Shown here: positions 1 to 13,976 of the stretch, piece after piece
How the letters are laid out: each line of letters starts with the position of its first letter
How positions within the stretch are numbered: position 1 is the stretch's first letter
Assembly: GCA_000182565.2 (NCBI GenBank)
Contig: KQ257459.1
From: Spizellomyces punctatus DAOM BR117
Lineage: Eukaryota
Direction: 5' to 3' (one strand)
DNA length: 64,000 bases
Program-made: the position numbers and the translations under genes
Notes under the pieces: generated by a model
Told to the model about the DNA's origin: nothing
Seen by the model: only the letters and a program-made list of their open reading frames with translations
Databases searched by the model: none

Positions 1-1049
1 ATAGTATGGGTGAATTGGAATTTGTGATCCTTAAGGTACGGCGCAAGATCGTGCACATGCATATGGCTTTGCGAAAAGCTTTTCCCGGGAGCAAGGTGAA
101 CGTTTCCTGCCACTTTGTTTACTTGCAAATGCCCCCAAACGTTACATCCCTCTTTGGATTGATTGGCAATCTTGTCAGCCCAGCCCTCGTTGATGCACTG
201 TTAACGATATGAAGACCAGTTCAGATCGAAAGCGCCTCAGTAGCAAGACCAATAGCGTGCATGCACCGTTGTACTGACCTGTTCCACTTTCTCTGCCGCA
301 AAGGCCCAGCCCATTTCCGCATAAGCCTTTTGCACGTCCTCACATGAGTTACAGCATCCGCTTTCAGGAGCCTTTGCGTTATAGCAGCTTCCACAGTACG
401 CTGGATCTTTTGCCTTTGCCACCGCCCCGGATAGCCCCTTGGTACTGTCTCCGATCTCTGGACGAGTCAACCTTGTTTGTGAATCAGGTATAACGAAGAA
501 TTGCTCATCGTATTAACTTACGCCCTTTTTCTGCGTCAATCTTATTCCCTTTTTCGTCCAGACGTACTTTATAAATAGTGGACGCTATATCGTTCTGGTG
601 CTCTCCCGCCACGTCCATAACATCCATGCTCAGCACTGTATAGCAATGATGAATGAGGATACTGTGGAAGTCAAGGTTACAACCAGTATGCCCTACGCAC
701 AGTAGCATGGTACTCGAGGCACTGTAATGTTCAAATTGATCCATAGCTTCTCTTTGCGGGCTTTGTCGACCTCAATGCTCGGTTGCAGAGTCACAGACCG
801 CCAGTCAATAAACTCGGAGAAAAGCAGCAGCGTTATTACAATCGCGCTAGCCAGTGTCACTGTAGAAAGGTTTTGTTGCTTGAGCCTTTGCATCAACCGC
901 CTCCTGAACAAGCGTTACAAACCCGCCGCCCCTGATGCTGTCTTTACTCGAAAATCTTCAATTGGCTTCGCGTATGCATCAAAGTCTTTTAGTTTGTCCA
1001 GTAAGTTACCGGAGCTTACAGCTGTACTGGTTCGTCTCCTAAGGGACAT
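1..1049 (-). CDS. ERV46: ER-derived vesicle protein Erv46/ERGIC3 (multi-exon; 3' end runs off the window)
   Basis: Exons encode LKDFDAYAKPIEDFRVKTASGA, a TM segment, EVDKARKEKLWINLNITVPRVPC, LSMDVMDVAGEHQ, YCGSCY..CCNSCEDVQKAY..GW and FHLAPG, all ERGIC3/Erv46 motifs. ATG at 1049. Confidence 0.93.
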
Positions 1050-1751
1050 GTTGACGACTGCAGCGGGCGGAGATGGAGATGGCAGCGCATTCGAGTAGAG
1101 AGCGTTTGAAACCACGATAGGCCCTTGACTGTGCCACTCGCCGAATTCTGGAATTACTTCAAGAACTTCAACTAGTATCTATCATTTTATGCAACTATGC
1201 ACTTTTCAATATCACTGGCATACGGTGTCCCTTTATATTATGGATCACCAGCTACTAATGAGAGTAGCTGCATTTCTTAACCAACATCAGCGTACGATCT
1301 ACAGAGTAGACCGTATGATAAACTTGGGTCCCCGCTGTCAGTAGGCCAGTGAAACAGATCCGGCCATCTGTGGTCATTAGTATCATGTTCAATAACATTG
1401 GCAGGGGTCTCTCCTAACAGCTCGCTGGTAAGCCAATATAGAGAGCCATACGTTAGCGAGCAAAGATGCTCGAGCGTAGCAGTGATGCACCTGTTGGAAA
1501 AGCCCGGGAGTAAATTTACTTTGTCCGGCCATCGTTCAAACTACGAGAGTTTAAAGTTCGAAGCGATATATGGCTGTGCCACTGGCGGACAATTGAAGAA
1601 GTCTGTGCCACATCCGCGGCTGGCTCGTCCTTTGTCGTCTTGCACTGCCTTGACATGTGCCAAGATGGCCACGATAGATGGGGAGAGAGGCATGAATAGC
1701 CTGCAGAGGTACTCTTCCAATGGCTGATATGAAAAGTCCAAGGAGTTTGCA

Positions 1752-2998
1752 GTGTTCCTTACCATATATGTTCCACCCGTAGTGATGAAAGACTCCTTGC
1801 CCCACCGTTACCTCCACGAGCAGCGAACCGACAAGAAACCGACTGGATATCGGAGAGTACGTTATTGTCACCTCCGTACTTTGCAGATGAAGACGCTTAC
1901 CCAGCCCTATACAGCGGCCCCACAAGATAGAATATGCATACTTCGCGACTTTTTGAAAGGACAGCCAGACTACAATATTCGAGTCTTTGTCCTCCGCCAC
2001 ATTGTATCGCGAATAACATTCAAGCCATGGCACCTGGTAGGCATCGCGGGTTTCCTAGGAATGACGTTCCTCAACGTGTACAATGCCCGGACACAACTCT
2101 GTCATGCTTTTGGTCTTGATGGACAGTTTCTATGCTTTCTTTCTGCCACAAACCCGTACAGCTCCGATGATGACCATTTCAAAGTTGAAGACCTCTATCA
2201 TTCCCTCTCGATTTTGCGAGTCGTAGCCATTATTGAAGGATTATTGGTCTTTTTCTTTGCCTTTTCCGCTTGTGCGATGGGCGCTGTTTTGACGTTGATC
2301 GACTGGAGACAACATCATCGACAGGAAGCAAAGTGGGATCCGTACCATCACGACCGGTTTCTATGGTGGGCTGTGCGCTGGGGGGTGATTTTATCTCTTG
2401 CGAGCCAGTTTTCTTTGCTATGCGGACTAGCATGTCTGACATTGATCAAAACGGAGCCACTACGATTAGGAAAGCGGTTAATACGAAAATATCCCCACAT
2501 GTGGGGCATGGAGACAATACCCAAAGTCATGATAGCTGCTCTTCTGACTGCATTGTTATTCGGCTTTGGTATAGTTATCGGCATCATAGCAGTTTGGGCA
2601 AAGCTGCAACTAGCACGGGTCGGGGTTACCCTTCCTCATTCCCTCGGGTTGGATCCCAGCACGGGACAGTGGACACATTGGACCTTTGGACAAGTGGTCA
2701 TGCTTCTGGGGCTGGCAAACAATATTGCCGGATTGTTTGCGCTAGGCAGCCCAAACAAGATTACCTCACTCTTGTACGTGACCACGGTAGCAGATCGCCT
2801 TGTGCAATGGGTGCTAATGGAGTGCTTTGTTTATCCATCTTCAGGGAATACCGGATAGATCCAAAACTCTTTGCTGGTGCGCTGCTTTACGAACATGGAT
2901 TTGTGGTCGCAGCTGCCATTTGGTTTGCAGCAGATAGACGCGAGGTTCGCAAGGCTTTACGGGACGTATTTGTGCAGCTAGTACCAGAGATACCATGA
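1752..2998 (+). CDS. Hypothetical multi-pass membrane protein (start uncertain)
   Basis: 368-aa ORF with about 5 hydrophobic segments. A GTACGT..TTCAG intron (~2773-2843) joins it in frame to a last exon EYRIDPKLFAGALLYEHG...PEIP* ending at 2998. No family recognised. Confidence 0.6.
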
Positions 2999-3224
2999 CC
3001 GTCCTATCGTTACAATTTTGTAAGCACTTAGTAGAATTAGATAGATGTTGATATTTTCCTTGTTATCCTTAGTGTTCCCATAGCTTTCGTCTGGTGAGCA
3101 TCTCCATCGTTTCTCGAGTGCGATTTTCCATTAAAAACAAGCACGCTGCAGCTGGATTGATCGGTGTGGCGCAGGAACGGGAGGTCGATCGCGTCGCGTC
3201 CAACTGTCTTCTCCAAGAAAACCA

Positions 3225-4528
3225 ATGCTTTCACCGACCCTCCGACGGCGCTTGTTTCTGTCTTCCCTTATCCTCGTCCTAGTGCTTGGAACAATTGGGC
3301 ATGTCACCCTTAACGCTTGGTCCATTCTTTATGGGCTGATGATCGGTGTCTTTCTCACAGACTCTTTACCCTGGGACCTCGCACGCAATGCAGCTGGCAT
3401 GCTATCACAGGCGGTAGAAGCACCTGATGCGAAGACTAGCACTTATGGCCATGAGTACGGATTGGACCATGCATTACTGAATATCCCTCCGTGTGAGACG
3501 TTCTGGTTGAACATGGGTTACTGGAAGGTGAGGAACATGGCGCCCAGCAGCTTTAAATTGCCAAATGCGCACTTACGAAATACCAATGATAGAACACACG
3601 GTCCTTTGTGGAAGCTTGCAAAGGTGAATCCGTGAGGCGTGTGACGGCGTGCAACTGGCGCTTGGCAGGTTACTGATACTACTTCTCCTAGCCCTTGCCA
3701 AGCTCGTCATCGATGCAGCGGACGTCAAAGATGGGTCTCGGGTAATGGGTGAGTTGAATCTCATTTAAGCATACTACGAGAGGACTGCTTCTTTCTTTTG
3801 TAATCCCATCTTTGGATTAATGCTCGAATTGTTCGCTAGATTTTGGTTACGGCTGTGGTGACCAGGATGTGTTCTTTTTGGAATGCCACCCAAATATTAC
3901 CATTACTGGCGTTACGTCCGAACCCAAGCAAGCTCTTATTGCGTATTCACGTATCAAAGCACGAAGTATGCACAAGTCCATCACATTGTACGCCGGGGAT
4001 GCTGTCAATCCATCAACCTGGCGCCACATTCCTTCACACGTATCACCTCCCACCGACGTCCTAGATCCTGCTACATACGACGCGGTCATCTCGCTTGATT
4101 CATGCTATCATTACTCTACTCGATGGCAATGGTTGAATCAAAGCGCTTCGTTATTACGGTTGGGGGGACGAATTAGCGGGACAGACCTTGTTCTCGGTTC
4201 AGGCTATGACGAAGGTGGATATTTCACGCAGTTTCTTCTCCGCGCTGCACTTTACTTCACGGGAGCGCCATGGGAGAACTTCGTTTCCGAGCATGTGTAC
4301 AGAAAACGGCTTCAGGAAGCAGGATTTGTTGGGATAACGGTGGAAGATATTTCCGAGCATGTTTTGCCCGGGCTGGCTGCGTTTATTGAACAGCACAGGC
4401 AGAATATTGGGGGTGTCGTGGACATTGATAGAAAATGGCGACAGTATGAAGGTGCCGCAAAGCTATTTAGATGGCTCTATCACAAAAAGTTGGTCAAGTT
4501 TGTCTTATTTAGTGGAACTCGATCTTGA
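3225..4528 (+). CDS. Class I SAM-dependent methyltransferase with N-terminal TM segments
   Basis: Spliced product contains YGLDHALLN..FWLNMGYWK, motif I VMDFGYGCGDQ, YDAVISLDSCYHY and LRLGGRISGTDL. Three GT-AG introns restore the frame. Confidence 0.88.
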
Positions 4529-5241
4529 CCTTTTGAGTGACTGGCCATTAAGACTTTCTGCTACTATATTTATGTGTTATGCAGGTATGCTTGGTCCTTT
4601 TGGCCATATTCATCGCTGAGCCGCTCCGACAACATTGAATTCTTGATTTGCTCGTGAATGTTCATTGCCAACTAGCCTTCTGTCCAGATAAACCATGGTA
4701 GTCCAAATGGTGGAGATCACTTCCATGCATCAGTTATCATATGATGTTGGTAGTTATGCTGTGTGCGCTGTGCTTGTTGGATGCATGATACCTTGGATAG
4801 GACTTCGGAGGTTAAATCTTCCGCTAATGGCCGGAACCTTCCACTGGTGTGTCACGTGTAATCTGCTTGTAACCTGCGGGAGATGGGATTTGCTAAACAT
4901 CTAATCAGCGCTTCTCGGTAGAGTCGCCGTCGTTGTGGTTCGTCGTCGTCGTCGTCCTCCCCATTCGTCGTCGACTTGAGAACCATCAATAATTATTCCG
5001 TTCACCAGTGCGGGCGGCGGCGTTGGGTAAGGCCCGGGATGGCGTCGCGAAAAGTACATCGATAGGGCGTAGACGGCGAGCAAATTCAGATCGCATGACT
5101 GTGCCACTCGAGATAACATGACGCTGCGTTTTATGAGCAGAGTGACATGGCAATTCTTTTTTCGTAGCTTGTTTGCAATCGTTCATCTTTCTTGCATCTG
5201 CATCTGCACGTAACCCTTTGACCTACTCCACGTCAAAAACG

Positions 5242-7366
5242 ATGGCTGCAACGTAAGTGAACTTGTTGTCTGGTGCTTGGGATGGGCGCACGGCAAGCAG
5301 TGTATAATCAGATGAGTCACGGTCATCTCCATGATGAAAGGCATATGATGATATGTGGTCTATAATTGCCGTCAAAAAACGGCACCATAGCGCGCGATGC
5401 TTTCTAGCTGGTTGGTTTTCCGCGTCTCACCTTTTGTTCTGTCTTAGTGGCGATATCGGTCTGATCGGCTTGGCCGTTATGGTAGCGTGTTCCTCTTCTC
5501 GTCCAAAGTGTTTATCTGCACTATGAAAAAGTATTCCCCACTCAAATCATATGTTTCCACGATAGGGTCAAAACCTTATCTTGAATATGGCGGACCATGG
5601 TTACAATGTAGGGAATCTGTAACAAGCATATTTTGGGCCACCTTTAACTCTAACCATGATTCGCTATTTAGGTGGTTGCGTACAACCGGACAACAAGCAA
5701 GGTGGACGAGTTCTTGGATAATGAAGCCAAAGGTAAGCTCAAAGACACAACATGGATTGGCCGTTGTCAGTGGAGCACTGAAAATGCTTGTTGATTTCAA
5801 AAGGGAAGCCCATTCAAGGTGCTCACAGCATTCAAGAACTCTGCGCCAAGCTCCAGAAACCCCGCAAGGTCATGATGCTGGTCAAGGCTGGAAAGCCAGT
5901 TGACGACTTTATCGAGCAGCTTCTTCCCCATCTCGAGCAGGGAGATTTGATCATTGATGGTGGTAACTCCCACTATGCTGATACCAACCGCCGTTGCCAG
6001 TACCTTCAAGAGAAGGGTTTCCTGTTTGTGGGAACTGGTGTGTCTGGTGGTGAAGAGGGTGCCCGATATGGCCCAAGTTTGATGCCTGGTGGTACTCCCG
6101 CCGCGTGGTACGTACTGGACCTGAAAGAAGAGGATTATCTCGCACGGTTCTCATGAATGTGTACTCGCTCCCAGGCCGTTGATAAAAAACATCTTCCAGG
6201 ACGTTGCTGCAAAGACCGAGGAAGGTGAACCTTGCTGTGACTGGGTTGGTGAAGGAGGTTCAGGACACTACGTCAAGATGGTCCACAACGGTATCGAATA
6301 CGGCGACATGCAAATTTTGGCTGAGGCCTACGACATCATGAAGAATGTGCTGAAGATGAACTACGATGAAATGGCACAAACGTTCCAAAACTGGAACAAG
6401 ACAGAGCTCGACTCATTTTTGGTGGAGATTACAGCAAAAGTCTTGGCCTTCAAGGATGAAGACGGGAAGCCCTTGGTTGAGAAGATTCGGGATGCTGCAG
6501 GACAGGTATGAGCAATCTCCAAAGTCGTTAATTGTTCATTTCCAGAATTGAGCTGATGGGCAATGCAGAAAGGAACCGGTAAATGGACCGCCATTTCAGC
6601 CCTGGACCTCGGTATTCCCGTCACCCTTGTTAGCGAAGCCGTCTTTGCCCGATGCTTGTCTGCTGTCAAGGACGAGCGTGTCCAGGCCAGCAAGATTCTG
6701 AAGGGCCCTGAGGGCGTTCAGTTTTCCGGTGATAAGAATGCCTTCTTGGAAGACATCCGCCAAGCTCTGTATGCCGCCAAGATTGTGTCCTATGCGCAAG
6801 GTTTCATGGAATTGCGTGCAGCCGGAAAAGAGTTCCACTGGAACTTGAACTTTGGTGGTATTGCGTTGATGTGGCGTGGTGGATGCATCATCAGAAGGTG
6901 AGATCGGCGCATTTATTTGCCAATGGACCTGCACTAGGTATTCACTGTGTTCGTAGTGCATTCCTTCGGGATATCAACAACGCGTTCAAGTCCAACCCCA
7001 ATCTTCTCAACTTGTTGCTGGACCCTTTCTTCACCAAGGCCATCCACCGCGCACTTCCCCACTACCGTCGTGTCGCATCCCAAGCCCAATTGCTTGGTGT
7101 GCCTGTTCCCGCCTTGACATCAGCTCTTTCCTTCTACGATGGTTACCGTTCGGCCAGACTTCCTGCTAACCTTATCCAAGCACAGGTACGGTGAAGTTTT
7201 CTAGTGCTTCGAATACTTTATTAGCGATTCTAACTATTCTATCTAATTTTAGCGGGACTTCTTTGGTGCGCACACGTTTGAGTTGGAGGACAAGCCTGGT
7301 ACTTGGATCCACGCCAACTGGACCGGTCACGGTGGACGTGTTGCCTCCTCCACTTACAACGCTTAA
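5242..7366 (+). CDS. GND1: 6-phosphogluconate dehydrogenase, decarboxylating
   Basis: Exons give [87 protein letters not shown] and SSTYNA*. The first coding exon is 11 nt (ATG at 5242). Confidence 0.98.
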
Positions 7367-7556
7367 ATAAAGCGGTGTATTGTACAGTTTTCAATTGTGA
7401 TGTAGCACATATCGATGTCGGGAGCTTTTACATGATATGAATTATACGAGCTATTTTGGTTACAGTTGGATTTGCCTTTGGAAGACATTGTGACCGCGAA
7501 TTTAGCGGCAATATCAATGTTTTAAGCCAAACAGGTGTTAGCGATGGTTGCATGGG

Positions 7557-9873
7557 TTATTGAACAACGCCGTCGAATGCATTTGCTGGCAAAAGCTCTC
7601 CCTGCTGGCACGCAAGAAAGGACAAGATATCAATATTCATTGTTGCACTACCGCCGCCAATGTGGAGATACCTCAGTGAACCATTCAATCATCTTTTTCA
7701 GAAACTTTCCGCCCCTCTCGACCGTTTCCGAATCACCAACGAGACAGACGTGACGTTTTGCCCGCGTTATGGCCACATTCAAGCGTCGTTCTTCTGATAG
7801 GAATCCGACTTGTCCTTCACCGTTGGAACGAACCAGAGAAAGGATGATGGCTTCTTTCTCTCGGCCTTGAAACCCGTCAACTATTTTTTGAACGCTTTTA
7901 GTTCAGAGAAACTCTTCAAATACCCAGTTACATGCAGATTAAGTAACCATTCACCTGATCCAACCTCCATACCAACATACTTGCTTTTAAGAAGAGTCCG
8001 TATCAAATCCACTTGTCCATTATAAGGTGTAATAACGGCAATTTCCTCGGCCCTCACACCAGAACGGACAAGACTCGCCACATAGGCGTCAACAATTCTC
8101 GCTTCACCTTCATTGTAGCGGGTCTCCCCGTCCTCTGCTACTGATTCCCACATGTCGCATCCGGCAGTATCAATGAAAACCAGCGGTGAACGTGTGTCCT
8201 CGGTTGATTCAACATGAGAGAGGTCGCTCAAGACTCGGGTGCGCACTGAAGGGTGCGACTGGAGAAGGTTGGAATACATGGCGGAGGATGACCATTGCAT
8301 GATGGAATCGTGCATACGGTATTGGGTGTTGAGAAGTCGTTTTATGCTGTCTCCGTGGATTTCGAGAAGGCGGTCAAAAAGCGTTTTTTCGAGGCCGTTC
8401 TTGACTGCTTTAGGAGATTTCACAGTTGGGGGCAGTTGCTTGTGGTCTGATAATGGTGATGAGATGATGAGTGAGCCGTGCTTTGCATGAGGTGTGTCCA
8501 GATGGGGCGTACTCACCGCCTGCTAGTATCGCTTTTGGTGCCAGTAGTAACGCAATCCATGTTTCAGCCTCCAATGCCTGTGTGGCCTCATCTACCACAA
8601 CCACGTCGAATGGCTTTGCTTTCCGCACGTTCTTTGATCCAGCTCCATTTAATGTGCAAAGCACGATTTTCGCCGTGTCGATTAAATTTCTTAATGCATT
8701 CTTTTCTCGTTGTTTAAGCTCTTTCCGAAGATCACGATTCTGTTGCCACATTGCCTTTTTTTCGCCCTTGTTTCTTGTTTTGGACATTTGTTTTAGGTTT
8801 GCGTCAATTTCTTTGCGAATATCTGATACCAAGCCTGCTGCGTCCGAGTTTCTCAGTTGGATGTCGAGGGTGGAGTCTAGGACGGTGGGTAAGACGCGGG
8901 CGGGGTGGCCAATGCGGACCATTGGAAGACGGGCTGAGGAGAGGCGCTCGACAATGTTGTCTGGTGTTTTGATACCAGTATTCTAGATCAGCTAGTGTTT
9001 GGGATAATAGTATAACAGTTTGTAAAATGCAAATAATCCGACGTACCCACAGAAATGTTGGAAGGCCCACATACGAGAACTCTTTTTCCATCTTTCACAA
9101 ACTGACGTACAATCTCCACCACCGTTTCTGTCTTGCCGGTTCCTGGCGGTCCATGAACCAACGCAATCTCATTAGCACTCTGAGCAAAGCGCACGGCTTC
9201 TTTCTGGGATTCGTTCAATCGATCGTTGAAAAAGTCGATGACGTTCACTGATTCGGCGAACGTTGGGGATCGTTGGCCCAATAGGACTTGGTGGAGAGCT
9301 GTTGAACGGGGCGTTGATATGGTGTCTTGCAGCGCCTTGAGGGCATCTTCCATGCGTTTGTATGTGACATTGTTGGCTAACTTGTTGCTTTGCAAAAAGT
9401 TAAAGTCTGAAAAGAATCCAACGCATAGCATGTCGCCGTTCAGCTGGGACTCACATCCGCCAAACCCGTCCCTCTAATCCACCCGGTCGATCTTCCTTGA
9501 TCGCTACACATATCCGTCCCTCTTCCACTCGAAAAACCACGCCGACAACATCTTCTCCACTTTCTTCCTTTTCTTTTCTACCACTTTTGACATACTCACA
9601 TACTCCAACTACATCTCCTACGCGGAACAGGTGGGCCGGCAGAGCTTCTTGCGGTCCTTCGAAATCTACCAGTAACTTTCCTCCAAGGCCGGTTCGTGAA
9701 CCAGTTATTCGGAGACCAAGGAGACAGAGACCACGTTTTTGGAGGGCTGAGGGTGTGAGTTGGGCGAGTTGGGCTTGGGTTGAGCTGATTTCGTGGTCGC
9801 GTTCCAGTGTAATGAGGTCTGCAAGCCGAGATATGTGGGTCGTTGGAGATGGGTCATCTTTTGAAGGAGGCAT
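7557..9873 (-). CDS. HCS1: SF1 Upf1-like helicase Hcs1/IGHMBP2 (SMUBP-2)
   Basis: N-terminal [14 protein letters not shown], then [32 protein letters not shown] and [10 protein letters not shown]. Ends shortly after the helicase core with no R3H/AN1 domain, like yeast Hcs1. Confidence 0.93.
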
Positions 9874-10187
9874 CTGCAGTGAATTTTCAAGAACTTTTGG
9901 AGAGCAACGAGAGAGAGGGTGGTAGTCTGATCATGACTGTGCCGCGCATCACGTCAGCGTTTATGCCCAGGTGTTTTTCACTACAGCGCACTCATCAACT
10001 AATGTTTGCCATTGCATAGACTGCCAGCATCATGAACGATAAGAGAGTCTCAAGAAATACAACTGAAATGTTAAGGACAAAAACAAGTAAAAAAAAAACT
10101 AAAACTAAAACTACAAGATACGCACAAGAGTGTGTAAAGAAAATTTACATGAAAGAACCCACAGTCCCAATCATCGTGGCCACTCCT

Positions 10188-12463
10188 TCACAACTTCGCC
10201 TTAACCTTGTCATCCACCTTAAATAACGCCTCAATCTCCTTCAAAACCGCCTCATCCTCAATGGTGGCAGGCACTTCATACTTCTGACCATTGGCGATTG
10301 CCCGTAGTGTTCGACGAAGAACTTTGCCGGATCGGGTCTTTGGCAAACGCTGGACAATAAAGCATTTGTCGAAACAGGCAATCGCACCAATCTGAGAGCG
10401 AATGGCGCGCGTGAGATCAGAAAGTATGGCGGCGTGGGTGGATGTTGTGCCGTTTTTGAGGACGATAAACTGCGAAGGCAAGTTGGTCAATTCTTTGTCA
10501 TCATGTAGCATACCTATGAAGTATACTCACCCCAAGAGGCTTTTCGCCCTTGAGCGCATCTTGAGCACCAATAACTGCGCACTCTGCGACATCCTTGTGG
10601 CCAGCTACAATCTCTTCCATAGCACCCGTGCTCAAGCGATGTCCCGCAGTGTTGATGATATCGTCGGTGCGGCTCATGATACTTACATAGCCGTCCTCGT
10701 CAATTAACCCGGCATCAGCTGTGTCGTAATAACCAGGGAATTTCTTGAAATAGCTCTTTACATAGCCATTGTGGTTCTTCCACAAAGTTGGGAAAGTACC
10801 GGGGGGAAGAGGGAGCTTGACAGCGAGAGTACCAAGCTGCCCAGGTTTGGCTTCGACGTATTCGGTGTGGTGGTCGTCGTCTTCGCGAACAACACCGCCA
10901 GCAGAGACAAGCACCCGAACGTCGTACCCAGGAATCGGAGGTCCGGCAGCGCCAATCTTTGTTGTGGAAGACAAGTCAGGGGAAGTCATTTCGCAAGCAA
11001 CGGTCATTGGCCATCCAGTCTCAGTTTGCCACCAGTTGTCCCGAATAGGTATGTTGAGCATGCGTTGGTATGTAGCGACCGTGTCGGGGTCCGATCGCTC
11101 GCCGACCAAGAACAAATTCTTGAGGCTACTGATGTCGTACTTTTTGATAAGCTTGCCCGTTGGGTCTTCCCTCTTGATTGCACGAATAGCCGTTGGTGCT
11201 GTAAATAGAGACTTTGCGCCGTACTCTTCAACAACTCTCCAAAAGGCACCAGCATCGGGAGTGCCAACCGGCTTGCCTTCGTATACTACGGTGGTGCATC
11301 CTCGGATGAGAGGACCGTAAACGATGAAACTGTGGCCTACAACCCAGCCCACATCGGAAGCCGAAAAGAAGACATCGCCAGCATTCAGCCCGACAATGTG
11401 CTTCATTGTCCAGTTAATGGCCACAGCATGCCCGCCATTGTCGCGAATAACTCCTTTGGGAACACCCGTACTGCCAGAGGTATAGAGAAGATATAGGGGG
11501 TCAAGAGCACTGACGATGGTGCAATCTGCTTTTGCACCGCGGGATTCTGCCGCCGCCACTTGCGCATGCCAGTCGAGCTCACCAGCTGCGGCGTTAATCG
11601 ACTCTGGCGCTTGGGCTCTCTGTAAGATGATGCGCGTCTTTGGCTTGTGCTTGCATAGATCAATCGCGGCCTGCAGCATGGGCTTGTACTTGATAATCTT
11701 GTTGGGTTCAATTCCGCATGTCGCAGTGAGAATGATATTTGGTTTGCAATCGTCAATACGCTTTGCCCTGTGCGCCACGAACGTTTAAGTATGCGTAATC
11801 GCTCAATATAATTGCAAGTTGCGTGACCCAGACTTACAATTCCTTTGGCGCAAATCCACCAAATACAACGCTATGAATAGCACCAAGACGTGCGCATGCC
11901 AGCATGGCTACTAGTGCTTCGGGGACCATGGGCTGGGGAAGACGGCAATGTCAGCGCACAGTTTCAAAGTGTATTTTAGTTCAGAAACACTCACCATGTA
12001 AACGATAACGGTATCACCCTTTTTCACACCATGATCTTGGAGAACGGCGGCAAATGTCGCTACCTTGTGCAAGAGCTGCTCATAACTGATGCGCTCTTTG
12101 CGATTAGTCACTGGGGAATCGTAAATGATGGCGGATCGACTGCCATTTCCAGCAAGAACATGGCGATCGAGGGCATTAAAGCACGTGTTGAGCTGAGACG
12201 CAAGCGAAGATTGTATAAACAAAAGAGTTGGATCGTGATTATTATTGGCATGATGTGTACATACCTCTCCGGTGGGGAACCATCTGTATCCTGGCTCACC
12301 ATACTTTTCTACATTTGTGTTCAAGAACCTTGTCGCACTTGTTATGCCATGTGATCTCATCTGCAGCGCGCGCCCAAAATCCGATCGGATCTTGCAAAGA
12401 CTCGCGATGCAATTGTTCCTGGTAGGGCGCTAGGCTGTTTCTAGCGGCTGCCGTGTGAGGCAT
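10188..12463 (-). CDS. Short-chain acyl-CoA synthetase, ACSS3/PrpE (propionyl-CoA synthetase) type, with C-terminal PTS1 (AKL)
   Basis: Motifs [70 protein letters not shown] and [11 protein letters not shown]; ends KVKAKL*. Further in-frame ATGs at 12526 and 12679. Confidence 0.93.
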
Positions 12464-13976
12464 TTGTTGAATGTTGCGGGATGACTTTTGCGTGGGGGTA
12501 ATGTGGGTAGTAGCGTGGTTCTGCATGATTTGGCGCTTATGTCGTAAAATGGACGAGCAAATGTCAGAAAACAAGGGTGCGTGAAGGTAAACAGGGCGAG
12601 ATACGGGCAAGGATAGCAGCACGATGGACGTGGGAAAAATATTAAAGACGAAAAGGCGACGAGGACGACGGGGGAACATCCAAAGAAGCAGCCTTTATAA
12701 ATTCCTTTGCAAGTAACACTCAGCATATCCGCCCAGAGGCAAAGCCAGCCGCCCACCACGTCGATCTTGTGTCACAATAATGTAATCAGACTCTGCAATA
12801 TGACTATAATAGGAAGGTGAATCATCCCTGTATAACATGAGACACGTGAGGTGGACAGGTGTGAAAAGCGTCATTGTTGTGGGAGGCAACATGAGATGGA
12901 GTTGTGACACTTTTTATTCACGAAGCATAAGGTTAACGGTTTAAAACGATATTTTTAAAACAAAGCAAACCATTGATAGGAACCATGGTGTGGATATGGA
13001 AAGGTTATTCTTGTTGCAAGTAACCCCATGGTATCCCATGAGCGGTCATTGGAATCATACGCAGTCATACATTGTTGATTATTGGGCAAAATGTCTCGCA
13101 GGTCACCGTCAGAACTGAGAGCACAGGAAAGACACTCTTCTGCCACCACACAGCAAAACAAATATCACACAAAAGTAATAGTCAAGCAGGGCCAGTGGCT
13201 AATTACCTTTTATCTGTTATCATAAACGGGATACGTATCGAGTGTACGATGGCATATTGCTTCCTGATTTTCCTCTCTGAAAAGACCTTTTAAATTGATC
13301 ATTTCCAATGTCTTTACAAGCCCTTGGCAAAATCCTCTAATAACTCAGTTTTGTGCGAGCGTGGCAGTCTGCACAAGCCATTGTCCTTCTGTACTGTTTT
13401 CTCAAGTTGACTCTGTAACGATTCCCTTTCGATGGAAGCAACAGAGTATCTTTAATATCATTGTCTTGGGTTTCTGCGTGTAATGCGAGGAGAAGCAATG
13501 GAAATAGTGGCTGCCAGCTTGAATGCACACTCCGCGGCATTACATAATCATCATTAATCCACAGTAGAATGTAATTCACGTGAGTGGCTCGAGTGTGTAG
13601 GCGGTTCGACGGCGTGCGGACAGCTGAGTTGGGTTCAAACATCCTGGGCCAACACAACAGGACGAGCGGTCATTTGCAGCAAGCGATTCGAAAACGACAA
13701 CAGTCGGCAGCAAAACTTACGTGCGGCTGTCAATTGTGAACGCAGCAGTATAGAAGGGCCCACGTACGGTCCTCCTGTCACGCACAAATACTCTGACACA
13801 TTGGGTGACTGCACGTATCCTGTTACACTTGTCGGTGGTGCTGTCGCCGCACGCATTCTTTTCAATACTCCAAGCATACAGAGCAATTAGAACTTGGACG
13901 ATTTTTCAATACTGAAAGACACTCGTATCCTGTCGCAACGGCGACGTCATCCGAATGTCCACAGCACCGACGGGTA

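Noticed and set aside
5253-5447. Long first intron of GND1 as a source of a peroxisomal (PTS2) isoform or a snoRNA
   Set aside because: An upstream acceptor gives an in-frame insert ([15 protein letters not shown]) that does not fit R-[LVI]-x5-[HQ]-L. ATGATGA C-box-like words have no downstream CTGA D box. Stop-codon read-through gives no PTS1.
13578-13650. tRNA-like A/B-box words (TGGCTCGAGTG..GGTTCAAAC), with GGGTTCAAACATC recurring near 40893
   Set aside because: No cloverleaf can be folded and the B box is imperfect. A shared 13-mer is expected by chance in 64 kb.
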